Shown: one piece after another, positions 28,467-36,498 of the stretch
Layout: each line of letters opens with the position of its first letter
How positions within the stretch are numbered: position 1 is the first letter of the stretch
Assembly: GCA_017694295.1 (NCBI GenBank)
Contig: JADINA010000001.1
Coordinates: 1,117-65,116, forward strand
Direction of reading: 5' to 3'
Source: Candidatus Alloenteromonas pullistercoris
GTDB taxonomy: Bacteria; Bacillota_I; Bacilli_A; RFN20; CAG-826
Length of the DNA: 64,000 nt
Notes under the pieces: model-generated
The model's database searches: none
Told to the model about the DNA's origin: nothing
The model's input: only the letters and a program-made list of their open reading frames with translations
Translations under genes and position numbers: made by a program

Positions 28467-29915
28467 ATGTTGTTTTTCAAAAAGCAGACCCCCGAGGAAA
28501 GGGAGCGCAAAGCAAAGGAGAAGGCCAAGGAACGCGAGCTTGAAAAAGAGCGCGAGGCCCAAGAGAAGATAGAGGAGAAGAAGCGCGACATGGTCTACCG
28601 CGACACGGTCGCGTTGGCCAAAAAGCAGGCCGCCGAGCCCAAAGTGGCCCCGGAAGGATCCTTCATCTCCCTCCAGCACATCAACAAGATCTACGGCAAC
28701 CACGTCCAGGCCGTCTTCGACTTCAACCTCGATATCAAGCAGCACGAGTTCATCGTCTTAGTCGGCCCCTCGGGCTGCGGCAAGTCGACGACGCTTAGGA
28801 TGATCGCCGGGCTTGAGGCCATCACCTCGGGCGACCTTTACATCGACGGCGTCTATTCCAACGACTTGGAGCCAAAAGACCGCAATCTGGCCATGGTTTT
28901 CCAAAATTACGCCCTTTACCCGCATATGACGGTCTACGCCAACATGGCGTTTGGCTTGAAGATGCGCAAGGTCCCGAAGGAGGAGATCGACAAGCGGGTC
29001 CACTCCGCGAGCAAGATTCTCCAGCTTGACGACTATCTAGACCGCAAACCCGGCGAGCTCTCCGGCGGCCAGTGCCAGCGCGTCGCCCTTGGCCGGGCCA
29101 TCGTCCGCGATTGCCGGCTCTTCCTCATGGACGAGCCGTTATCGAACCTCGACGCCAAACTCCGCGTCCAGATGCGCAGCGAGATCGTCAACCTCCATGA
29201 GACCATCGGGGCGACCACCATCTACGTCACCCACGACCAGACCGAGGCCATGACGATGGCGAGCCGGATCGTGGTCATGAAGAAAGGCTACGTCCAGCAA
29301 ATCGGGACCCCGAAGGAAGTCTATGCCCACCCCAACAACGTCTTCGTCGCGACCTTCATCGGCTCCCCGGCCATGAACATAATCAAGGCCAAATACGACA
29401 AGGGGACCGTCAGCTTCCACGAAGGCTTCTCCATCAAGCTTACCAAAACCCAAAAGAAGAAGTTCGGCGAGTTTTACGCCAACCAAGTCGAGAAGCTCTC
29501 CAAGCGGGTCGAGGAGCTTGACGCCCTGTTAGCCAATCCCGAGCTCGCCCCCTCCTTCCGCGAGGTCTACGAGAAGGAGAAGGAGGAGCAACTCGCCAAG
29601 ATCGCCCTTTACAAGGACATCACCCCCGAGTCCTCCGTCGACATCCTCTTCGGCGTCCGCCCCGAGGACATCCACGCCCACGGGGTCGATTCCGAGGCCA
29701 AGAACCTAAGTGACCCCCTCAAGGTCAAGGTGTTCTCGGCCGAATACCTCGGAAAGGAGTACTTCGTCCACGCCGACGTCGGCACCGACCGCCTCATCGC
29801 CAAGATCGGGGCGGGGAAGGAACTGAAAAACGGCGAGGACATCGAGCTTGACATCGATTTGGACCACATCGCCCTCTTCGATCCATCCTCCGAGCTTCGC
29901 ATCGCCATCGAATAA
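28467..29915 (+). CDS. Sugar ABC transporter ATPase (MsmX/UgpC/MalK family) with a K/E-rich N-terminal extension
   Basis: GGAGGCAAATC-ATG at 28467. Walker A GPSGCGKST, signature LSGGQCQRVALGRA, Walker B LFLMDEPLSNLD. About 60 charged residues precede the NBD. Confidence 0.85.
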   Translation: MLFFKKQTPEERERKAKEKAKERELEKEREAQEKIEEKKRDMVYRDTVALAKKQAAEPKVAPEGSFISLQHINKIYGNHVQAVFDFNLDIKQHEFIVLVGPSGCGKSTTLRMIAGLEAITSGDLYIDGVYSNDLEPKDRNLAMVFQNYALYPHMTVYANMAFGLKMRKVPKEEIDKRVHSASKILQLDDYLDRKPGELSGGQCQRVALGRAIVRDCRLFLMDEPLSNLDAKLRVQMRSEIVNLHETIGATTIYVTHDQTEAMTMASRIVVMKKGYVQQIGTPKEVYAHPNNVFVATFIGSPAMNIIKAKYDKGTVSFHEGFSIKLTKTQKKKFGEFYANQVEKLSKRVEELDALLANPELAPSFREVYEKEKEEQLAKIALYKDITPESSVDILFGVRPEDIHAHGVDSEAKNLSDPLKVKVFSAEYLGKEYFVHADVGTDRLIAKIGAGKELKNGEDIELDIDLDHIALFDPSSELRIAIE

Positions 29916-29931
29916 GGCGTATGCTTGTTCC

Positions 29932-30432
29932 ATGCGCTACTTGGTGAGCAAAGCGAAAATAGCGAACCTACAAAAGGGGCGGGCCGTCTGGCTCGCCCTT
30001 CTTTTGGCTTGTTTGGCCGCTTTATCAGTCGTTTTCGGATGCGTATTCGGCCTCGTCAACCGGGGCAACGACTTTTATTTGATGATCGTCGGCCCGATCC
30101 TTTGCTTCCTTTTGCTTGCTTTTTCCTCCTTCGCCTTATTCGCCAAGATCATCCCTTATTCCCGCCTTGCCAAGGTGCTTAGCCGCTACCTCAATTGCCC
30201 TTTTGAGGCGGTAAAAGGGGAGATCGCGATTAAGGAGGAGCTTGCGATGCGCGAGCTTTCCCCGTGTAGGATTTACGAGGTAACCGTGAAGACGCCGGCC
30301 CCATACCCGGATAAGCATTTCGAGGCGGCCGTCCCCATCGCCTTCGGCGAAGCCCTCCCCAGTCGCGGGACCTTCTATTTGCATAACGCCTTTTTGTTGG
30401 CCTATTCGGAGGGCATAGATGAAGCGGAATGA
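29932..30432 (+). CDS. Hypothetical 2-TM membrane protein
   Basis: In-frame Met MRYLVSKAK... after the ATPase stop. Helices AVWLALLLACLAALSVVFGCVFGLV and LMIVGPILCFLLLAFSSFALFA. Confidence 0.5.
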   Translation: MRYLVSKAKIANLQKGRAVWLALLLACLAALSVVFGCVFGLVNRGNDFYLMIVGPILCFLLLAFSSFALFAKIIPYSRLAKVLSRYLNCPFEAVKGEIAIKEELAMRELSPCRIYEVTVKTPAPYPDKHFEAAVPIAFGEALPSRGTFYLHNAFLLAYSEGIDEAE

Positions 30433-31039
30433 GGTGCGGTGCTACGTGGCGAGGTGGTTTTTCCAATACCACTGGCTCAGTTTAGTGATTATCGCCATCC
30501 TCTCATTCGCCGTTTTCTATTATCCAATAAGCGAGATAACCGCCTTCAAAAGCTTTGAGACGCTTAGCTTCTTCCTTCTTTGCCCTGACGAAGTGGAAGA
30601 TGGCTACCTCGCCTCTTTCGTTGACGGAAAAGACGTTCTCTCCGTCGACATCCACGCCTTCTCCAGCGGCGAAACCCACCTCGACGAGTTCTACGAGGCC
30701 TTCGGGGACGAGGTCGACATATACGTTCTCCGCGACGTCGACTTGGAGGATGCCCAGGATGCGGTGGGGCAGCTTGTCGCCCCCATCGACGAGGAACTTT
30801 ACGGCGACCTCCCCACTTACTCTTATGGCGGGGTGAGCTATGGGATACAGATCTACGATTACGCCGATAGGGAATGGAATGCCGCCCACCGCTTTGAGCA
30901 GTTCCTCCGCTTCGATTACGATGGGAGGATGTATCTTTGCCTGGGGGCCAAAGGGGACAACGCCCTGCCTTACATCGAGTCCTCTTATAACGACGCGGCC
31001 ACCAGGGCGATAAAGAAGATACTGGAGGATTTCGCATGA
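30419..31039 (+). CDS. Hypothetical membrane-anchored protein
   Basis: Overlaps the upstream gene by 14 nt. Single N-terminal TM (WLSLVIIAILSFAVFYY) plus an acidic soluble domain. No recognisable family. Confidence 0.5.
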   Translation: MKRNEVRCYVARWFFQYHWLSLVIIAILSFAVFYYPISEITAFKSFETLSFFLLCPDEVEDGYLASFVDGKDVLSVDIHAFSSGETHLDEFYEAFGDEVDIYVLRDVDLEDAQDAVGQLVAPIDEELYGDLPTYSYGGVSYGIQIYDYADREWNAAHRFEQFLRFDYDGRMYLCLGAKGDNALPYIESSYNDAATRAIKKILEDFA

Positions 31040-32004
31040 GCGGGCACGATGATAAGGAAAACATCCGTGAAGACGTTGAAGCGATTTCCGGCTCAAACGA
31101 AGACAGGGAGCACAGCCTTTCTAACGACGTCCACCCCGAAACCGGGAAAAGCGAGGAAGGGGGCAAGATCGAGGAGGCGCAGGTCACGAGCCTGCCCGCC
31201 ACGCGTTACCAGCAGCTTGGCTGGGTGCTCCGCCGCCATTTCTTCTCCCTTGTCATAATCTCGGCCTACACCTTCCTTTTTTCCTTGCCCTTGGTGGCTT
31301 GGATCCTTTTCTGCACCAGCGCCACCTTCCTTTCCGAATACCCAAACCTCTATTCGACCCTTTTGATCTATGGGGGCGTGGCCTTGCTTTTGCCCATTAT
31401 GGCCTTGGGCTTTACCGGATCCGCCTATTTCCTTAAGAAGCTTACCTGGAACCAAGGGGCCGACGTCAGGGCGGATTTCCTTTCCGGGGTCAGGAAAAAC
31501 GGGCGATCTTATGCTCTAATTGGCTTCCTCATCGGCTTGCTTTACCTCCTCCTCCACCTCCTCATTTCCTTCATCGATGCCTCGGGCGAGGCCATTAACC
31601 CCTATGTCGCCTCCCTTTCCATCGGGCTAGGATATGGCTTCTTCCTTTTGCTTTGCTCGATTTTCTGCGTGCAGGGGTCGCTTCTAATGACCTATGAAGG
31701 TGGGTTCGTTTCCCATTTCCTGGTGGCTTTGAAGATAGGGCTGGTCAATCTCTACAAGGGTATTTGGGTTTACCTGCTTGCCTTTGTCCCCTTCATCGTC
31801 TTTGAGTTCGCCTCCGGATTGACCGTCGCCTTAATCGTCTGCGCCCTCTGCGCCGTCTTTTATTTCGGATTTGCCGCTTTGCTAAGCGTCCTTTACTGCA
31901 ATAGCCTATTCGACCTTGCCTTCAACCGCCGGCTTTATAAAGAGGCTTATCGCCGGGGCCTATTGGGGCAAGGGGACGTCAATTACGATCCGAAGGGAAA
32001 GTAG
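31036..32004 (+). CDS. Polytopic membrane protein, possibly YesL/DUF624-like
   Basis: ATGA start/stop overlap. Hydrophilic 60-aa N-terminus followed by multiple TM helices. Its position at the tail of a sugar ABC operon is typical for YesL-like proteins. Confidence 0.45.
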   Translation: MSGHDDKENIREDVEAISGSNEDREHSLSNDVHPETGKSEEGGKIEEAQVTSLPATRYQQLGWVLRRHFFSLVIISAYTFLFSLPLVAWILFCTSATFLSEYPNLYSTLLIYGGVALLLPIMALGFTGSAYFLKKLTWNQGADVRADFLSGVRKNGRSYALIGFLIGLLYLLLHLLISFIDASGEAINPYVASLSIGLGYGFFLLLCSIFCVQGSLLMTYEGGFVSHFLVALKIGLVNLYKGIWVYLLAFVPFIVFEFASGLTVALIVCALCAVFYFGFAALLSVLYCNSLFDLAFNRRLYKEAYRRGLLGQGDVNYDPKGK

Positions 32005-32040
32005 TTTCCCATCAATTTCCCTGTTTCGCGTTTAAAAACC

Positions 32041-32071
32041 GGGCTTAGCTTCGGCTAGGCCCTTTCTTTTT
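32041..32071 (+). terminator. Rho-independent terminator of the ABC operon
   Basis: GGGCTTAGC-TTCG-GCTAGGCCC hairpin (one G-T pair) followed by TTTCTTTTT. Confidence 0.6.
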
Positions 32072-32085
32072 GTCTTTTCCCCTTT

Positions 32086-32150
32086 GGGAAATCGGTTTCC
32101 CTTGACTTGTAAGGGCTTTCTTATCTACGATAAGGGCGAAACCGGTTTCC
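32086..32150 (+). promoter_or_regulatory. Promoter with three LacI/CcpA-type operators for the GH16-phosphorylase operon
   Basis: GGGAAATCGGTTTCCC (32086-32101). -35 TTGACT (32103-32108). TGTAAGGGCTTTCT (32108-32121). Perfect palindrome GAAACCGGTTTC (32138-32149). Confidence 0.55.
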
Positions 32151-32246
32151 ATATTCCGGATAGGCTTGGGCCCATTGGCCTAGGCAATCCAAGGCAATTG
32201 GCCCGGGGTCAGCAATAAGCGCATCAACCGATGCTTAGGAGATTAA

Positions 32247-33242
32247 ATGAAACAAACAAAGCTACTGGCGGTTCTCGGGTTATCCCTTGCCCTCGCCTCC
32301 TGCGACATCGTTCGCTCCACCTCGTCCTCAAAAGAGGATGATGGCACTTCCGCGGAAAGCTCGGAGATATCCAGTAGCGAATCCGAATCCGAAACCATGA
32401 CCTCATCTTCAGAATCAAGCTCTTCTTCGTCCTCTTCTTCCTCCAGTTCGCAAACCGAGAACGAGACCGAGATAAGGCAATACCCGGGCTACCACCTCGT
32501 CTGGAACGACGAGTTCGAAGGCGATTCCCTCGACATGGGGAAGTGGGGCTACCAAGTCGGGACCGGCGATTGGGGCTGGGGCAATGGCGAGCTCCAATAT
32601 TACACCGAGGGGCAAAACGCCAAAGTCGGAAACGGCAATTTGACCATCACCGCCAAACGCGAGGACTACCAAGGAAGCCAATACACCTCCTCCAGGCTTT
32701 GGACCTCGGGGAAATTCAGCTGCAAATACGGCCGGATCGAGGCTAGGATATCGCTTCCGGTGACCGTCGGCATGTGGCCGGCGTTCTGGATGATGCCCCA
32801 AGATAGCGTCTATGGCGGCTGGCCCTATTCGGGCGAGATCGACATTATGGAGAGGCTGCTTAACCAAGACGTGGTTAATTCAACCAACAACTCGGTCGTT
32901 TTGACCTCCGCCGCCATCCACTTCGCCAACGAGAGCGACGGCCATACCTACAGAACGAGGCAGAACTACGCCTCCTACACCGTCCGCGACTACCATCTCT
33001 ACACCTTGCTTTGGGACGAGGAATCGATCCAATTCATGGTCGACGACGTCGTCTTCGCAACCTATCGCAAGAACCAGTGGAACTCCAATTACCGCTACTC
33101 TGGGACTAACGCCCCCTTCGATCAGAACTTCTACATCATATTGAACCTCGCCGTCGGCGGGCAGGCGGCGCGCCCAAGCGCCTCCTTCCGATCCGACGAG
33201 ATGAAGGTCGACTACGTCCGCGTTTACCAGGCCGACGAATGA
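32247..33242 (+). CDS. Lipoprotein GH16 beta-1,3-glucanase (laminarinase)
   Basis: Lipobox LSLALASCD plus a long poly-Ser linker. GH16 motif GGWPYSGEIDIMER, and WPAFWMMP. Confidence 0.85.
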   Translation: MKQTKLLAVLGLSLALASCDIVRSTSSSKEDDGTSAESSEISSSESESETMTSSSESSSSSSSSSSSSQTENETEIRQYPGYHLVWNDEFEGDSLDMGKWGYQVGTGDWGWGNGELQYYTEGQNAKVGNGNLTITAKREDYQGSQYTSSRLWTSGKFSCKYGRIEARISLPVTVGMWPAFWMMPQDSVYGGWPYSGEIDIMERLLNQDVVNSTNNSVVLTSAAIHFANESDGHTYRTRQNYASYTVRDYHLYTLLWDEESIQFMVDDVVFATYRKNQWNSNYRYSGTNAPFDQNFYIILNLAVGGQAARPSASFRSDEMKVDYVRVYQADE

Positions 33243-33258
33243 AAAGGGGATAGCAGCG

Positions 33259-36200
33259 ATGAAGCATTACGAATTCAAAGGCGGGAAGTTCATCATCCGC
33301 GACTTCCAGCGCCGCAAAACCTTCTCCTCCTTCCTCCCGGCCGTCGCCGGGGTGGACGGGAAGCCGATGTGGGCCTTCTACGCCTCCGTCGGGCAGGCGA
33401 TGGGCGGGTTCGGCGTCACCTCCAAAGGATCGCCGATCGCCCCCTTCGACTCGGCCAACCACGCCTACGCCAACATCCCCCTAAAGGGCTTTAGGACCTT
33501 CGTTCGGGTCGACGGGAAGCAGCTTTTGACCCCCTTTTTCCGTCCTGAGGAAAGCCAAACCCTCATCACCTCCAAGCACGAGGTCGAGATAGAGTCGAGG
33601 GAGTCCGGACTAGGGATGGACGTCGCCTACTTCACCATCCCGCATTCCTCCTACCCGGCCTTGGTAAGGCTGGTGACCCTAGAAAACCTAACCAATGAAG
33701 AGCACGAATACGAGGTCTTAGACGGCCTCCCCGTCTTCTTCCCCCATGGGCTAAGCAACGTCGACTACAAGGAGCTGGTCTCCCTTATGGCCGCCTACTG
33801 CGTCGTCGAGAACCTTGACGGCAACGCCCCGTTTGTTAAGTTCAAGACCTCGACCGGGGACAATTCGGTCGTCTCGCTTTCGCCTGAAGGCAACGCTTTC
33901 TATTGCCTTGAATCCGATTCCTCCTTGGCCAAATGCTTCGTCGACCCGCAGATCGTCTTCGGCTCCGATTTGACGACCCTCTCGCCCGAAGGCTTCCTAA
34001 GCAAGGGGAAAGGGGAGTTCATCGCCTCAACCGGGCAAACCGAGAACAAACTTCCCTGCGCCTTCACCTACCACGTCTATAAGCTTAAGCCTGGAGAAAA
34101 GCGGGCTTTTGCGACCGTTTACGCCTATTTTGGCGATATTCAGAAGCTCAAGGAGGCGGTTTCCGCGACTTCCTTCGCCGACATATTGGCTTTCCGCAAG
34201 GACAACGAAAAGCTCATCGACGAACTCGTTTCGCCCGCCATCTGCCATACCGCCAACCCCCTTTACGACGAGACAATCGCCCAAAGCTACCTCGACAACT
34301 CCCTCCGCGGCGGCTTCCCGGTTAAGCTAGACGATGGGAAAGCGGGGCAAACCTATTACGTCTATGGACGCAAGCACGGCGACATGGAACGCGACTACAA
34401 CTACTTCAACATCCCCGCCGAATACTATTCCAGCGGCCCGGGCAACTTCCGCGACGTCAACCAAAACCGCCGCAGCGACCTCTTCTTCGCCCCCTACGTC
34501 TTCGATTACAACGTCCACCTCTTCTTCTCCCTCATCCAAGCGGATGGCCAAAACCCGCTTAACGTCAAGCCGAAGGTTTTCCATTTCGATGAAGATGACG
34601 TCGATTGCCTCCCCCTTCCAAAGCCAATCGCCGATTACGTCAAAAAGCACAACGACTTCTACCCCGGGGTGCTTTATACCCACCTCCGCGACAATCTCCC
34701 CAAGGAGGAGGCCGACGGCTATTTCAAGCTCGTCCTCGGCGTTTCCTCCCAGCGGGTCGCTGCCGACTTCGCGGAAGGCTATTGGGTCGACCACTGGACC
34801 TACAACGTCGATTTGCTCGAGAACTTCCTCTCCGTCTACCCCGATAGGCTCGATGAGCTTCTTTTTGGGAGGGAGTACCGTTACTTCTATTCGCCCGTTT
34901 ACGTTGAGCCCCGCAGCGAGAAGCACGTTATCTTGCCTGATGGCAAAGTCCGCCAATACGGGGCCATTGACCTCAAGAAACTCAAAAACGAGTGCGAACG
35001 CCGCCATTTCGACATAAAGAAAACCGCCTATTTGAAAGACGAAGAGGGCAATGACGTCACCACCAACCTGGCCGGGAAGATGCTTAACCTCATCTTAGTC
35101 AAGTTCTCCACCCTCGATTCGCTGCAGATGGGCATCGAGATGGAGTGCGAGAAGCCGGGCTGGAACGACGCGATGAACGGCCTCCCCGGGCTATTCGCCT
35201 CCGGGCTAAGCGAATCGGTCGAATTGCTTCGCCTTGTAAGGGAAGCCATCGATTGCTTTTCCAATGCAAGCGAATCCGCCATCCCGATGATGCCGGGGCA
35301 GATGGACCTTTACAATGGTCTGAAGAAAGCCTTGGAAGGGTTAAGCGAGAATACCCGCTTCGCCTATTGGGACGAGGCGACTTCCCTCCGCGAGGCCTTG
35401 CGGCTCCGCTACAAGGAAATGGGGGAGAAGACCTCCTGCTCGCTTTCCTCGAAGGAGGTGCTGCCTCTATTACGCAAGATGGACCAAGTCCTCGTCGATG
35501 GGCTTAAAAGGGCCAAAGAGGCCGGAGGCGGCATTTTGCCAAGCTACCTCATCTTCCGGGCCAAGGAATACGAAAAGACCGGGGTCAAAAACCACCTTGG
35601 CTATGAGGTGGTCAAGATCAAGAAGTTTGAGCTTGAGACCATCCCGCCCTTTTTGGAGGCGAGCGCCCGCGCCCTTAAGCTTGGCGACGGCATCATAACC
35701 CGCAATGACTACGAGGCCATAAAGGAAAGCGACCTTTACGACAAGACCCTCCATTTCTACAAAACCTGCGCCGACATCGAGGACGCCCCCTTTGAGATCG
35801 GCCGCGTCCACGCCTTCACCAAAGGCTGGCTTGAGCGGGAGTGCAACTTCCTCCACATGGACTACAAGTACATGCTCGGATTGCTCCGCGCGGGCTATTA
35901 CGACCTTTTCTACTCCGAGATCAAGACCAACTTCGTTCCCTTCATGGACCCCGAGGTTTATGGGCGCAACCCGGCCGAGGCCTCTTCCTTCATCGTCCCG
36001 ACCTGCAACCCCGATTCCTCCAAACACGGCCAAGGCTTCTTCGCCCGCCTCACCGGGGCCAATGCCGAGATGCTTGACATGTTCGTCCGCCTCTTTGCCG
36101 GCGAGCAGATCTTCCGCCTTGAGGATGGCGAGCTCTCGCTTAGCCTTTCCCCCAAGCTTTCCGCCGCCTTCTTCGATAAGGATGACAAAGCCGGCTTTAG

Positions 36201-36375
36201 GATGTTCGATAGCCTTGAGGTCACCTACCATAACCCCAAGCGTCTTGACCTTTATAAAGGCGGCTACTCGCTTTCTTATGTCCTCGACGGCAAAAAGCTT
36301 TCCGCGATAAGGGGAAAAGACGCCTTGGACATCCGCGAAGGCCGCTGCCACAGCTTGCTGGTTGAAATCGAATAA
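33259..36375 (+). CDS. Large cytoplasmic GH94-clan glycoside phosphorylase-like protein (GH149/GH161-like; candidate beta-1,3-glucan phosphorylase)
   Basis: 1038 aa with no signal peptide. N-terminus ...FSSFLPAVAGVDGKPMWAFYASVGQ and the central motif EKPGWNDAMNGLPG resemble the catalytic-Asp region of GH94-type (alpha/alpha)6 phosphorylases. Lies directly downstream of GH16. Confidence 0.5.
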   Translation: MKHYEFKGGKFIIRDFQRRKTFSSFLPAVAGVDGKPMWAFYASVGQAMGGFGVTSKGSPIAPFDSANHAYANIPLKGFRTFVRVDGKQLLTPFFRPEESQTLITSKHEVEIESRESGLGMDVAYFTIPHSSYPALVRLVTLENLTNEEHEYEVLDGLPVFFPHGLSNVDYKELVSLMAAYCVVENLDGNAPFVKFKTSTGDNSVVSLSPEGNAFYCLESDSSLAKCFVDPQIVFGSDLTTLSPEGFLSKGKGEFIASTGQTENKLPCAFTYHVYKLKPGEKRAFATVYAYFGDIQKLKEAVSATSFADILAFRKDNEKLIDELVSPAICHTANPLYDETIAQSYLDNSLRGGFPVKLDDGKAGQTYYVYGRKHGDMERDYNYFNIPAEYYSSGPGNFRDVNQNRRSDLFFAPYVFDYNVHLFFSLIQADGQNPLNVKPKVFHFDEDDVDCLPLPKPIADYVKKHNDFYPGVLYTHLRDNLPKEEADGYFKLVLGVSSQRVAADFAEGYWVDHWTYNVDLLENFLSVYPDRLDELLFGREYRYFYSPVYVEPRSEKHVILPDGKVRQYGAIDLKKLKNECERRHFDIKKTAYLKDEEGNDVTTNLAGKMLNLILVKFSTLDSLQMGIEMECEKPGWNDAMNGLPGLFASGLSESVELLRLVREAIDCFSNASESAIPMMPGQMDLYNGLKKALEGLSENTRFAYWDEATSLREALRLRYKEMGEKTSCSLSSKEVLPLLRKMDQVLVDGLKRAKEAGGGILPSYLIFRAKEYEKTGVKNHLGYEVVKIKKFELETIPPFLEASARALKLGDGIITRNDYEAIKESDLYDKTLHFYKTCADIEDAPFEIGRVHAFTKGWLERECNFLHMDYKYMLGLLRAGYYDLFYSEIKTNFVPFMDPEVYGRNPAEASSFIVPTCNPDSSKHGQGFFARLTGANAEMLDMFVRLFAGEQIFRLEDGELSLSLSPKLSAAFFDKDDKAGFRMFDSLEVTYHNPKRLDLYKGGYSLSYVLDGKKLSAIRGKDALDIREGRCHSLLVEIE

Positions 36376-36392
36376 GCTTGCCGTTTAAGCGA

Positions 36393-36421
36393 AAGGCCCG
36401 CAAAAACCCGGGCCTTTTTTC
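36393..36421 (+). terminator. Rho-independent terminator
   Basis: AGGCCCG-CAAAAAC-CGGGCCT hairpin followed by TTTTTT. Confidence 0.65.
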
Positions 36422-36460
36422 GCTTTTGACTGACTGGCAAAACGAGGCTTTCCCTTCCAT

Positions 36461-36489
36461 TTGCTCTCACGCGCGCCAAAGCGCATAAT
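36461..36489 (+). promoter_or_regulatory. Promoter predicting a near-leaderless mRNA for the 36499 lipoprotein
   Basis: -35 TTGCTC (36461-36466), 17-nt spacer, -10 CATAAT (36484-36489). Only 9 nt separate it from the ATG and there is no clear SD. It shares CTCACGCGC and GCGCATAATAT blocks with the promoter at 47565-47593. Confidence 0.4.
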
Positions 36490-36498
36490 ATCACGGAA

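Noticed and set aside
25458-29915. N-terminally extended versions of track ORFs (23170, 25458, 28419, 29848, 55267, 57774, 7571, 60800).
   Set aside because: The extensions overlap upstream genes or lack RBSs. Internal ATGs with SD sequences, lipobox signal peptides or canonical family N-termini give better starts.
34327-36351. Long antisense or alternative-frame ORFs inside well-supported genes, for example 34327-35007(-), 34334-35017(+), 35470-36351(-), 21238-21891(-), 24721-25449(-), 27968-28591(-), 61568-62317(-) and 30503-31202(-).
   Set aside because: They are shadow ORFs typical of GC-rich coding DNA. Their composition is R/G/P/A-rich, they lack RBSs, and they are fully embedded in ORFs with clear family signatures.
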